Shown piece after piece: positions 47,214-55,534 of a stretch of DNA of 64,000 bases. This DNA is from Planctomycetota bacterium. GTDB lineage: Bacteria > Planctomycetota > B15-G4 > SIAN01. The translations under genes and the position numbers were made by a program. Location: assembly GCA_031409275.1 (NCBI GenBank), contig JANNXA010000014.1, positions 1 through 64,000 on the forward strand, given 5' to 3'. The notes under the pieces were generated by a model. The model searched no databases and was not told the origin of the DNA. It saw nothing but the letters and a program-made list of their open reading frames with translations. Each line of letters starts with the position of its first letter. Position 1 is the first letter of the stretch.

Positions 47214-48364
47214 CCTCTGAACACGATCGCCGGCTCGAGGCGCAGCACCGTCCGGATGGCGAGCAGCGCCGACGCGAGGCAGATGAAGAGCACGGCGCCC
47301 CCGCTGATGGCGAGCAGTTGCCACGGCATCCGGAACGCGAGTTCGCTGTTGCGCGAGACGATGCCGAACAGCGAAGCTCCGCCGACTCCGAGCCCCCACC
47401 CGATCGACCCGGCGACGAGCGCCTGCGTGAGGATCATCGCGAGCAGCGTCGCCGACGTCGCGCCCATCGCCTTCAGCGTCCCGAAGTGGCGCAGGTTGTC
47501 GAGCGTGAAGTTGTAGAAGGTCTGCCCCGCGATCGCCGTCCCGATCACGAATCCGAGCAGGACGGCGATGCCGAAGTTGATCGGGATGCCGGTGTACTTC
47601 ATGAAGTAGCCGTAGGTCGTCGTCTTGAACTCGTCGGCCGTCTGCGCCAGGAGTCCGGTGGCGGCGTGGATGCGATCGCACAGCTCGCGCGCGGCGATTC
47701 CGGGCATCGGATCGGCCAGCACGAACGACAGCAGCTTGCGTTCCCGCGGCGCGTAGGTGGTCGCCCGCTGGTAGGTCGTGTAGAGGACCGGTTGCGACTG
47801 GAAGGTGCGCGACACGCGGCAGATCCCGACCACGATCGCACGATGATCGTTCAGCTCGAGCACGTCGCCGACGCGCAGCGGGCGCCGCGAGCCGTCCGCC
47901 TGCAGCGTGGCGAGCTTCCCGTTCGCGCCGTTCTCGTCGACGATGACGCCTTCGGCTCGCCGCAGGTCGGCCACCGTGCCTTCGACCATCTCGGGCGGGC
48001 CGCCCAGCAGCGTCGCATCGTCCAGCCCGAACACGTTGCACGTCTGATAGGCGCCATCCTGGAGGCGCACCTTGAGCAGCCCCTTGTAGAGCGGGACGGC
48101 CCACGCCACCCCGTCGACGCCGCGCACGCGCAGGAGCTGCGTGTCCTGCAGCGGCTTCACGTCGTCGACGAACTGCACCTTCGGATCCATGACCCACACC
48201 GCAGGCTGGCCGAGATCGGTGATGGAGCCGAACGTGCGCGTCATGAGTCCGACGAAGATCGCCGACTGCTGGGTGATCAGCAGCGCGGCGAAGGTGAGCC
48301 CCATCACGATCCCGAGGTAGCGCGCGCGATCGCCGACCAGCATCTTGAGCGCGATGCGGATCAT
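47210..48364 (-). CDS. ABC transporter permease (FtsX/MacB/DevC-like)
   Basis: One TM, periplasmic domain, then FGTLKAMGA and three TMs ending LEPAIVFRG. Confidence 0.9.
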   Translation of the reverse strand: MIRIALKMLVGDRARYLGIVMGLTFAALLITQQSAIFVGLMTRTFGSITDLGQPAVWVMDPKVQFVDDVKPLQDTQLLRVRGVDGVAWAVPLYKGLLKVRLQDGAYQTCNVFGLDDATLLGGPPEMVEGTVADLRRAEGVIVDENGANGKLATLQADGSRRPLRVGDVLELNDHRAIVVGICRVSRTFQSQPVLYTTYQRATTYAPRERKLLSFVLADPMPGIAARELCDRIHAATGLLAQTADEFKTTTYGYFMKYTGIPINFGIAVLLGFVIGTAIAGQTFYNFTLDNLRHFGTLKAMGATSATLLAMILTQALVAGSIGWGLGVGGASLFGIVSRNSELAFRMPWQLLAISGGAVLFICLASALLAIRTVLRLEPAIVFRG

Positions 48365-49017
48365 CGGCGGCGCTCGCGACCACCCGCGAGGGCGGCTCTG
48401 CTGAAGGCCACCACGTGGCGCGCGATGGCCTCGGTCGCCGCCGAATCGCGGAAGGGCTTGAGCGCCGGCAGCCGCGCGATGACCGGCTCGGCGAAGAACC
48501 AGAACAGGCATTGCGAGACGACGCTCGCCGCCGCCAGCGCCACGGCGTCGGCCGGCGCGCGCGGCCCGAGCATCTCGCGGACGATGCCGAGCAGCCGCTC
48601 GAACTCCGGCCCGATCCCCTCGCGCACCATGACGTCGATCGCCGCCGAGGGGTCCGCCATCTCGCGCGCCATCAGGCGTCCTTGCCACGCGGGTCGGCCG
48701 ACGCCGCGCGCCCGCGCCAGCAGCGAGCGAACGAAGGCGCGCAGCCGTTCGGGAGCCGGCGCATCCGCTGCCAGCCCGCCATCGGTGGGGTGACGGGCGA
48801 GCGCCTCGGCGAACGAGGAGCGCATGACCTCGACGTAGAGGCGCGCCTTGCCGCCGAAGTGGTAGTTCACGGCGGCGAGGTTCGCGCCGGCACGGAGCGC
48901 GATGGCGCGAACCGTCGCCCCGCGCAGTCCGTGCTCCGCGAAGAGCTCTCCCGCTGCGGTCAGCACCCGCTCGCGGGTGCCCTCGTCGGCGGGCGGCGCA
49001 GTCGATTTCGAACGCAT
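48361..49017 (-). CDS. TetR-family regulator (CecR/DUF1956-like)
   Basis: HTH TRERVLTAAGELFAEHG...NLAAVNYHFGGK and REMADPS motif. Confidence 0.92.
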   Translation of the reverse strand: MRSKSTAPPADEGTRERVLTAAGELFAEHGLRGATVRAIALRAGANLAAVNYHFGGKARLYVEVMRSSFAEALARHPTDGGLAADAPAPERLRAFVRSLLARARGVGRPAWQGRLMAREMADPSAAIDVMVREGIGPEFERLLGIVREMLGPRAPADAVALAAASVVSQCLFWFFAEPVIARLPALKPFRDSAATEAIARHVVAFSRAALAGGRERRR

Positions 49018-49052
49018 GATTCAAACGACCATATGAAACAGTTGTTTGAATC
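49018..49052. promoter_or_regulatory. Palindromic operator for the TetR/exporter operon
   Basis: AT-rich GATTCAAAC-N17-GTTTGAATC perfect inverted repeat abutting the TetR start codon. Confidence 0.7.
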
Positions 49053-49109
49053 GCAAGATCAGGCGCGACGTGCGGTGCGGCGGTCACCGGGCTACGATCG
49101 CGCGCCTTC

Positions 49110-49658
49110 ATGGACGAGATCGACGACTCTCCCCTGACCGACGACGACACCGCGCCACGGCCGGAGCGCGGAGCGCCGTGCCTCTGGTTCACCCGCCAGC
49201 CGCTGCACGAGCTGATCGAGGAGATCCGCGTCCGCCATTTCGGGTGGCTTCCAGGCCCGCTACGCGTGCAGTTCGCCGAGCAGGAGCGGCTCGCCGAGTG
49301 CGATCCGGGCGCACCGCTCCTGGTCTCCTTCCACTCGCTCCTGAACCACGCGCAGACTCCGGTCGAGGTGTTCGGGACCCTCGCCAAGCGGGTCGTCTGG
49401 CCGCACGCCGCCGCGAAACGACGCGGCCGCCGCGCGATGCCGCTGCCGTTCGCCGCGGTCTGCCCGGAGGAGGGTTTCGCCGACGCCTGGATCGACCTGT
49501 TCCTCGGCGCCTGCATTCGACGCGGCACGCTCGAGGAAGAACCCACCGTGCGGCGCGGCTGGCAGCGTCATTGGCTCGAGTCGCGGCCGCTGCCCCCGGC
49601 GCTGAAGCTGCGCCGCGCCGAAGCGGACGCGGCGCTGCGCAATCTGCTGAAGGAGTGA
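49110..49658 (+). CDS. Hypothetical protein
   Basis: 182-aa ORF filling the gap; its stop lies 2 nt before the SDR start. Confidence 0.6.
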   Translation: MDEIDDSPLTDDDTAPRPERGAPCLWFTRQPLHELIEEIRVRHFGWLPGPLRVQFAEQERLAECDPGAPLLVSFHSLLNHAQTPVEVFGTLAKRVVWPHAAAKRRGRRAMPLPFAAVCPEEGFADAWIDLFLGACIRRGTLEEEPTVRRGWQRHWLESRPLPPALKLRRAEADAALRNLLKE

Positions 49659-49660
49659 CG

Positions 49661-50413
49661 ATGGGATCTCTCGAAGGCCGCTGCTACGTGATCACCGGCG
49701 CCGGCAGCGGCATCGGCCGCGCCATCGCGACGCGCGTCGCCAACGCGGGGGCGACGGTCGTCCTGGTCGGGCGCCGTCGGATGTCGCTCGAGGCGTCGGC
49801 GACCGCGATCGAGCGGGCGGGTGGCAAGGCGGTCCTGGCGCCCGGCGACGTGACGGACGCTGCGACGTCGGCGCGAGCGGTGGAACTGGCGCTTTCCCGA
49901 TCCGGACGACTCGACGGATTCGTCCACGCCGCGGGTGAGGCGCTGCGTGGCGTGGCGCTCGCCGACACCGAAACGGCAGCGTGGGAGTCCACGTTCGCGG
50001 TGCACGTCGGTGCCTTGCGCCACCTCGTTCATCACGCGCGGGCGCACCTTCCCGACCGCGGCGCCTCGCTGCTCGCCGTGGCGTCGAACCTGGCGCTGCA
50101 GGGGCTCGCCGGAATGGTCGCCTATTCGGCCGCGAAGGGGGCAGTCACGAGCCTCGTTCGAGCGCTCGCGGCGGAACTTGGACCGCGCGGCGTACGCGTG
50201 AACGCGATCTGCCCCGGACTCATCGAGACGCAGGCGACGCGCGGCGACGCCGGGTTCGCGGCCAACGCAGCGGCGTTCGCAGCGCGCGCGCCGCTGCGAC
50301 GGATCGGCCAGCCCGACGAGGTCGCCGCCGCCGCGCTCTTCCTGTTGTCGGACGACGCGTCGTTCGTCACCGGCCAGGCGCTAGTCGTCGACGGCGGCTG
50401 CTCGATCGCATGA
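49661..50413 (+). CDS. Short-chain dehydrogenase/reductase
   Basis: TGAGSGIG, YSAAK, RVNAICPG and TGQALVVDGG motifs. Confidence 0.93.
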   Translation: MGSLEGRCYVITGAGSGIGRAIATRVANAGATVVLVGRRRMSLEASATAIERAGGKAVLAPGDVTDAATSARAVELALSRSGRLDGFVHAAGEALRGVALADTETAAWESTFAVHVGALRHLVHHARAHLPDRGASLLAVASNLALQGLAGMVAYSAAKGAVTSLVRALAAELGPRGVRVNAICPGLIETQATRGDAGFAANAAAFAARAPLRRIGQPDEVAAAALFLLSDDASFVTGQALVVDGGCSIA

Positions 50414-50444
50414 GTCGCCGCCGTCGCGAACCGGACGTCGCGGT

Positions 50445-50819
50445 TCAGCGCGCGGCTGCCATCTCGCGGCGGCCCGCGAACAGGCAGTTGACGAGCTCGA
50501 CCACCAGCACGCAGCGGCAGCCGCGACGATCGCTGCACGGACAGACCAGCGTGACCGTCTTCTGCGAGGCGCGCTCGCCGATCGAGCGCAGCTTCGCCGC
50601 CTGCGACCACATCTCGGCAACGTAGAGCGCCGCATGCTCGCGCCCGGTGATCCAACCGCGCCACAGCGCGAAGTCGAGCTTCACGCTCGGGGCAAGATCA
50701 CGCTCCCATGCTTCGCAGCGAGGGGTCAGCGGATCTTTCGGACGCACCCGGCTCAACAGCACGCGCTCGCCGTCCGCGTCGGATGCCGCGGACCGCAAGC
50801 TCTTCGTGCGCAGTTCCAT
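50445..50819 (-). CDS. DUF488/YeaO-like protein
   Basis: DGERVLLSRVRP, WERDLAPS and VTLVC motifs. Confidence 0.7.
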   Translation of the reverse strand: MELRTKSLRSAASDADGERVLLSRVRPKDPLTPRCEAWERDLAPSVKLDFALWRGWITGREHAALYVAEMWSQAAKLRSIGERASQKTVTLVCPCSDRRGCRCVLVVELVNCLFAGRREMAAAR

Positions 50820-50931
50820 GATCGATCCTCGCTGTGGCCAGGCCGCCGTCCTGGCCGCCCCTCTTTCCCGCGCAGCAGCGTAGGGCTCTCCGCGCGCGGT
50901 GCTACGGAACGAAACGCGGACACTACGGAGT

Positions 50932-51786
50932 TCATTTCCCGGCGAGCAGTTCCGCGACCGGCGCCGGAGCGAGGAGGAGCGCCGTCCCCCACGCTTCGAA
51001 CTGGTAGCGCCGACGAATCGCAACCGGCTCGCTCGCGCCACGACCGCGCGCCTCGATCTCGAACGCGACGATGGCACCCGCCACGACGCGAACTCGCAGC
51101 GTCCCGTGGTCGGGTTGAGCGGCGACGGGCGCCCCTTCGTCGACGGGCGTCGCCGGGGACTCCGCCGCCGATCGGCCAGCGCGCCGAACTCCCTCGCCGC
51201 GGAGCAGTCGATCGAGCGCCGCCGGCGTCAACGTCACCACGAAGTCGACGGGCGCGGCAGCGGCCGATGCGGGGTCGGCGGGCGGCGACGATCCGGGCTC
51301 CTTCACGACCGCAGCATCGGGCGAGACCAGGTCGGCGACGACGCTCGCTGGCGAGGGAATCCGCGTGAGGTCGGCGACCATGCGAGCGATCGCCCGCTGC
51401 TCGGCGTCGCCGGACGCGCGCCACTCCGCACGCAACGCGGCGTCGAGGGAGACCCACTCCTCGCGCCGCGTGAGGACGACGAGTGCGTCGCCTTGTTTCC
51501 AGAACTGCGCATTGCCGAGCTCGTAGTGAGCGATCCCGTTGCTCGCGAACGTCACTTCCCACGTGTGTCGCGCCACGCGCCCCTTCGGCGCGGAACGACT
51601 CCCGGCGGCTTCGTTCGAGCTTGCGGCCGCCTGCGCCGCCTCGACCGCGGCGACGTCGGGCGAATAGCGATAGGTGCCGCGATCGGCGGCGGCGAACCGC
51701 GCCACGCACTCCGCGAGCTCTCGCGCCGGCGTCGCTGTTTCCTGGCAAGTCGTCGCAACGACCGCAATCAGGCAGAACGCAAGCAT
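50932..51786 (-). CDS. Secreted hypothetical protein (paralogue of 51887-52780)
   Basis: Signal-like N-terminus; collinear similarity to the neighbouring gene. Confidence 0.65.
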   Translation of the reverse strand: MLAFCLIAVVATTCQETATPARELAECVARFAAADRGTYRYSPDVAAVEAAQAAASSNEAAGSRSAPKGRVARHTWEVTFASNGIAHYELGNAQFWKQGDALVVLTRREEWVSLDAALRAEWRASGDAEQRAIARMVADLTRIPSPASVVADLVSPDAAVVKEPGSSPPADPASAAAAPVDFVVTLTPAALDRLLRGEGVRRAGRSAAESPATPVDEGAPVAAQPDHGTLRVRVVAGAIVAFEIEARGRGASEPVAIRRRYQFEAWGTALLLAPAPVAELLAGK

Positions 51787-51844
51787 CCATGGCTCCGCGG
51801 GAATGGGGCGCTCGATCGAGCGCGGGCCGCCCCCGACTGAATCG

Positions 51845-51873
51845 CGATCCCCGTGGCGAGGCCACGGGGATCG
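51845..51873. terminator. Perfect 13-bp hairpin between the two paralogues
   Basis: CGATCCCCGTGGC-GAG-GCCACGGGGATCG just after the 51887 stop; no clear U-tract, so it may be an mRNA stabiliser. Confidence 0.5.
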
Positions 51874-51886
51874 TGAATGAAGCGGG

Positions 51887-52780
51887 TCAGATGTCGAGCA
51901 CCGCGATCGCTTCGGCCGGAGCGGCCACCGCGGTCGCGTCGATCCCTGAGAGCTTCATCGAGCGGCGCACGACGCGCGGCTGCGGTCCCTTGACGGTGAT
52001 CTCGATCTCGATCGTCGTGATCTGGCCGTTGCTGGCGACGGCGGTCATCTTGCCTTCGCAGTCGAGTTCGCGCGCGGCGCCTTCGCCCTTCGGTTCGGGA
52101 GCTTCGCCAGCCTCGCCCTTGCCACCCTCGCCGCCCTCGCGCTTGCCGCCTTCGCGCTTGCCACCCTCACGCTTGCCGCCTTCGCGACGCGCGCCGCGAT
52201 CGTTCGGCGCGCCGACGAGTTCGCGCGCAACGTCCTTGTTGAGCGTCGCCACGTAGGTCACGGCGCCGTCCTTTTCGCTGCGCGTGACATCGCCGATCTT
52301 CTTGCCGAGTTCTTTCACAAGCTGGTGCGGAAAGAGGATGCGGTCGATCTCGACCGCCATGCGCCCGAGCATCGGCGGCGCCTTCTCGGCCCCTTCGGCT
52401 GCGGCCGGAGCCGGAGCCGCTCCACGCGAAACGCTCGTCCACTGCTTGCTCTTCGGGTCGAGCATCGCGACCTTCTTCTCGCTGCGGAAGAACTCCGCTT
52501 CGCGATGGCGCAAGTGCAGCGGCTTGCCGCGCTGGAAGTCGATCTGCCACCCCTCGCCGTCACGAGCGCGACCCTTGCCAGCTTCGCCCTCGCCGCCCGC
52601 CGGCGCGGCGTCGCCCGCCTCGCCGCCCTCTTCCTTCGCGCCGCGCCCGCCCGCGGTGGCGTAGTCGAAGTGGTAGCTCTGGGCGGCTTCGAGTTTCTTC
52701 GCCGCCGCCGCGAGTTCGTTCTTCGCCGCTTCATCGAACGGCAGGAATCCGACAACGGATGCAACGAGAGCAGCGAGCAT
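51887..52780 (-). CDS. Secreted hypothetical protein with REGGK repeats
   Basis: Hydrophobic N-terminus, Gly/Glu/Lys-rich linkers, strongly biased codon usage. Confidence 0.75.
   Translation of the reverse strand: MLAALVASVVGFLPFDEAAKNELAAAAKKLEAAQSYHFDYATAGGRGAKEEGGEAGDAAPAGGEGEAGKGRARDGEGWQIDFQRGKPLHLRHREAEFFRSEKKVAMLDPKSKQWTSVSRGAAPAPAAAEGAEKAPPMLGRMAVEIDRILFPHQLVKELGKKIGDVTRSEKDGAVTYVATLNKDVARELVGAPNDRGARREGGKREGGKREGGKREGGEGGKGEAGEAPEPKGEGAARELDCEGKMTAVASNGQITTIEIEITVKGPQPRVVRRSMKLSGIDATAVAAPAEAIAVLDI
52132..52186 (-). repeat. 15-nt coding tandem repeat (REGGK x3 + REGG)
   Basis: Translation REGGKREGGKREGGKREGGEGGK; boundaries approximate. Confidence 0.75.
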
Positions 52781-52889
52781 GGAGGAGATCCTTGCACAGG
52801 AATGTGGAGCGAAGCGGAGGCGCGGGAGGATACGCGCTGCGGGGCCAAGTGGTGGGAACGACGAAACTCACCGGTCCGTGCCGCGGCAC

Positions 52890-53252
52890 TCACGCGATGC
52901 GCTGAATCAGAACGCAGCCGATCAGTTCCACCGCGAACGCCACCTCGGCGACGAGTCGGAACAGTCCACCGCGCTTACCAAAACGAGCCAACGCCCAACG
53001 GTGCCAGACGACGAGCGCCGGAACGAAGGTCAGCGGCACGACCAGGAAGGCGACGATCCATTGCCGCAGGAAGGGTGACGCAGCTCGCCCCAGTAGCGGA
53101 GCGATCGCGGCCACCAACAAGGCGGCCGCCGCCAGCGTCGCGAGTCCGCCGAACTGCAGCGTCGCGAAGACGAGCAGACGATGGCGCCAGCGAAGCGGTT
53201 GCAGCGGCGCGGGTGGCGCGGCGTGAGGACCGCGGTCGTCGACAACGGACAT
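52890..53252 (-). CDS. Small membrane protein (about 3 TM)
   Basis: Three hydrophobic segments; downstream of tRNA-Leu. Confidence 0.55.
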   Translation of the reverse strand: MSVVDDRGPHAAPPAPLQPLRWRHRLLVFATLQFGGLATLAAAALLVAAIAPLLGRAASPFLRQWIVAFLVVPLTFVPALVVWHRWALARFGKRGGLFRLVAEVAFAVELIGCVLIQRIA

Positions 53253-53368
53253 GACGAACTCCGGTCCGCAGAGTTCGCTCGCGCCCTGCTCGTCGGACGC
53301 TGCGCCGGGGGCGAAGCGTCCGCGACGTCGAGTCGCGTGAGCAGTCGAACGATCGATCGAACGAAAAG

Positions 53369-53456
<88 letters not shown>

Positions 53457-53479
53457 AAGGGGGGCGTTGAAGGGCGGGG

Positions 53480-53507
53480 AGTGTACGGCGGCCTCGGCCC
53501 GTTGCAA
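53480..53507 (-). promoter_or_regulatory. Putative sigma-70 promoter of tRNA-Leu
   Basis: Minus strand TTGCAA-N16-TACACT followed by CCCCGCCC discriminator. Confidence 0.6.
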
Positions 53508-53553
53508 AGTGACTCTTCGCGAGGACTTCGAGCGACACGCGAGAGGGGGGCGG

Positions 53554-55458
53554 GTGAACGACGCGGATCACGGCCACGACCATGGCGGCGGCGCGCACGG
53601 CGGCATCACTCGTATCCCGGTCGGCCGCGCACTCCCGGAACGGCATGGCGTGCTGGCGTTCCTGCTGCTGATTGCCGCGGCGACGCTGGTGTCGGGCGGC
53701 TTTCTCCTCCACGCCCGCGACCTCCACGTTCCCGCCTGCTCGGAGCCGTGGGACGCCGCGATCTATCCGTGGAACTTCTTCTGGACCGGCGAGGCGCTGA
53801 CCGCCCACGACGGCTCGCTCCTTTTCACCCGGCGCTTCTACTGGCCCGACGGCGAGGGGCTCGGGCTCTACACCCCCACCTGGGTCTACGGCGTCCTTTC
53901 GCTCCCCTTCCAATGGCTGCTGCCGGCACCGGAGTCGCGCCACGTCGCGGTCGCCTTCCTGCTGTGGTTCTCGAGCGTCGCGACCGCGCTGCTCGGCTAC
54001 CGCCTCGCTCGCGATCTCGGCCTGCGCCGACTGGCGAGCCTGCTCGTCGCGCTGCTGGCGTTGACCGCGAGCGGCCGCCTGATGAACGCCGCGCGCCTCA
54101 ATCTCTTCTGCACCGAGTTCTTGCTGCTCTGGATGGTGGCCGGACTCGCCTGGTGGCGACGCGGCGGCGCGGCACGCGCGGCCGGTTTCGGCGGCGCGTC
54201 GGCGCTGCTGCTGCTGCAGAGCCAACCACTCTTCTTCCAGGCCGCATTGCTGTTCGGCGTGCTGTTCCTCGCCACGCTGCTGCGCCGCGCCGGCCGCGCG
54301 CAGATGGTCGCACGCGGCCGATCGCTCCTCGGCGCGATGGCCGTCGCGTTCCTCCTCACCGCCCCCTTCCTCGTCGAGATGATTCGCGAGCTGCCGAACT
54401 CGCCGGCGCTCGGTCAGGCGCTCGAGTTCACGAGGTTCCTTTCGCTCGACCTCGCCGACTTGTTTCAGCCGAACTCCGCCGACCGCTTCGGCGGCGCGAT
54501 CACTTCGCTGCTGCCGGAGCGTCCGATCTCCTTCTTCGAGCAGGGCGGACCGCTCGGCACGGTGAGCCACTTCCTCGGAGTCGGATGGATCGCGCTGCTG
54601 CTGCTCGCGCTGCTGGCACCGGCGCAGCGCGCCGGTCGCCGCTCCCTGCTCCTCGCGTTGGCGCTGCTGGCACTGGCCGTCGGCCCCTATCTGCAGGTTC
54701 GCGGCGAACCGCTGCTGCCGATGCCGTGGCTCGTGCTGCAGCAGGTCCCCCTGCTCGCCATCGAGAAATCGCCGACGCGGCTGATCTGGCTGGTGCAGCT
54801 CGCCGCGGCCCTCGCGGCCGCCTTCGCGCTCGACTCGCTGCTCGGCGCAGCGAATGGGCGCGCCCGCGGCCTGCGAGTCGCGCTCGCGGCGTTGCTCGCG
54901 TTGGCGACGCTCGTCGAACAAGGCGAGACGGTGCCGCTGCGATCCGTCGATCCGCGCCTCACGATTCCGCCCGAGATCAGCGCGCTCGCGCACGAGCTGC
55001 CGCCGCCGCTCGATCCGCGCGGAGGTTTCGCGGTGCTCGATCTTCCCTACGACGGCGTACCGCCGCACGGCACGACCTCGCACGGCGTCAACGGCTTCGC
55101 GATGGCGCTCGGCGCGGCGCACGAACGGCCGATCTTCTTCGGACTCTTCCCGCGCGCGTCGCGGCCCGGCGAAACCGAGCGCGCCGCGCGTCCGCTCTTC
55201 CAGGCGTTGGAACGCTGTCGAAACCTGCCGCCCGGCGAGCTCCTGGCTCCGCTCGCACCCGGCGAAGCGGACGCGATCCGCCGCGACCTCACCGAGCTGT
55301 CGATCGGAGCCGTACTGATCCACGACTTCGCCGTCGAACCGGAACGCAGCCCCGGCGAGCGGCAACGACTGCGCGAGTTGATCCGCGCGCTCGCCCCGCT
55401 TCGCGAACAGCCGCTTTCGATCGGAAAGGATTACACGATCACGCTGTTCCGTTTCTGA
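53554..55458 (+). CDS. Polytopic membrane protein, GT-C/YfhO-like glycosyltransferase
   Basis: TM1 then D...WNFFW, FYWPDGEGL...TP, many TMs, SLDLADLF, LAVGP, PTR and VLDLP, with a soluble C-terminal domain. Confidence 0.65.
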   Translation: MNDADHGHDHGGGAHGGITRIPVGRALPERHGVLAFLLLIAAATLVSGGFLLHARDLHVPACSEPWDAAIYPWNFFWTGEALTAHDGSLLFTRRFYWPDGEGLGLYTPTWVYGVLSLPFQWLLPAPESRHVAVAFLLWFSSVATALLGYRLARDLGLRRLASLLVALLALTASGRLMNAARLNLFCTEFLLLWMVAGLAWWRRGGAARAAGFGGASALLLLQSQPLFFQAALLFGVLFLATLLRRAGRAQMVARGRSLLGAMAVAFLLTAPFLVEMIRELPNSPALGQALEFTRFLSLDLADLFQPNSADRFGGAITSLLPERPISFFEQGGPLGTVSHFLGVGWIALLLLALLAPAQRAGRRSLLLALALLALAVGPYLQVRGEPLLPMPWLVLQQVPLLAIEKSPTRLIWLVQLAAALAAAFALDSLLGAANGRARGLRVALAALLALATLVEQGETVPLRSVDPRLTIPPEISALAHELPPPLDPRGGFAVLDLPYDGVPPHGTTSHGVNGFAMALGAAHERPIFFGLFPRASRPGETERAARPLFQALERCRNLPPGELLAPLAPGEADAIRRDLTELSIGAVLIHDFAVEPERSPGERQRLRELIRALAPLREQPLSIGKDYTITLFRF

Positions 55459-55534
55459 GTCGCAGGCCCGGTTGCCGATCAGGAGGCCGTGCGCCGCCAG
55501 GAAGAACCAAGGGCGGCGACGCGGAGATCGGGCG

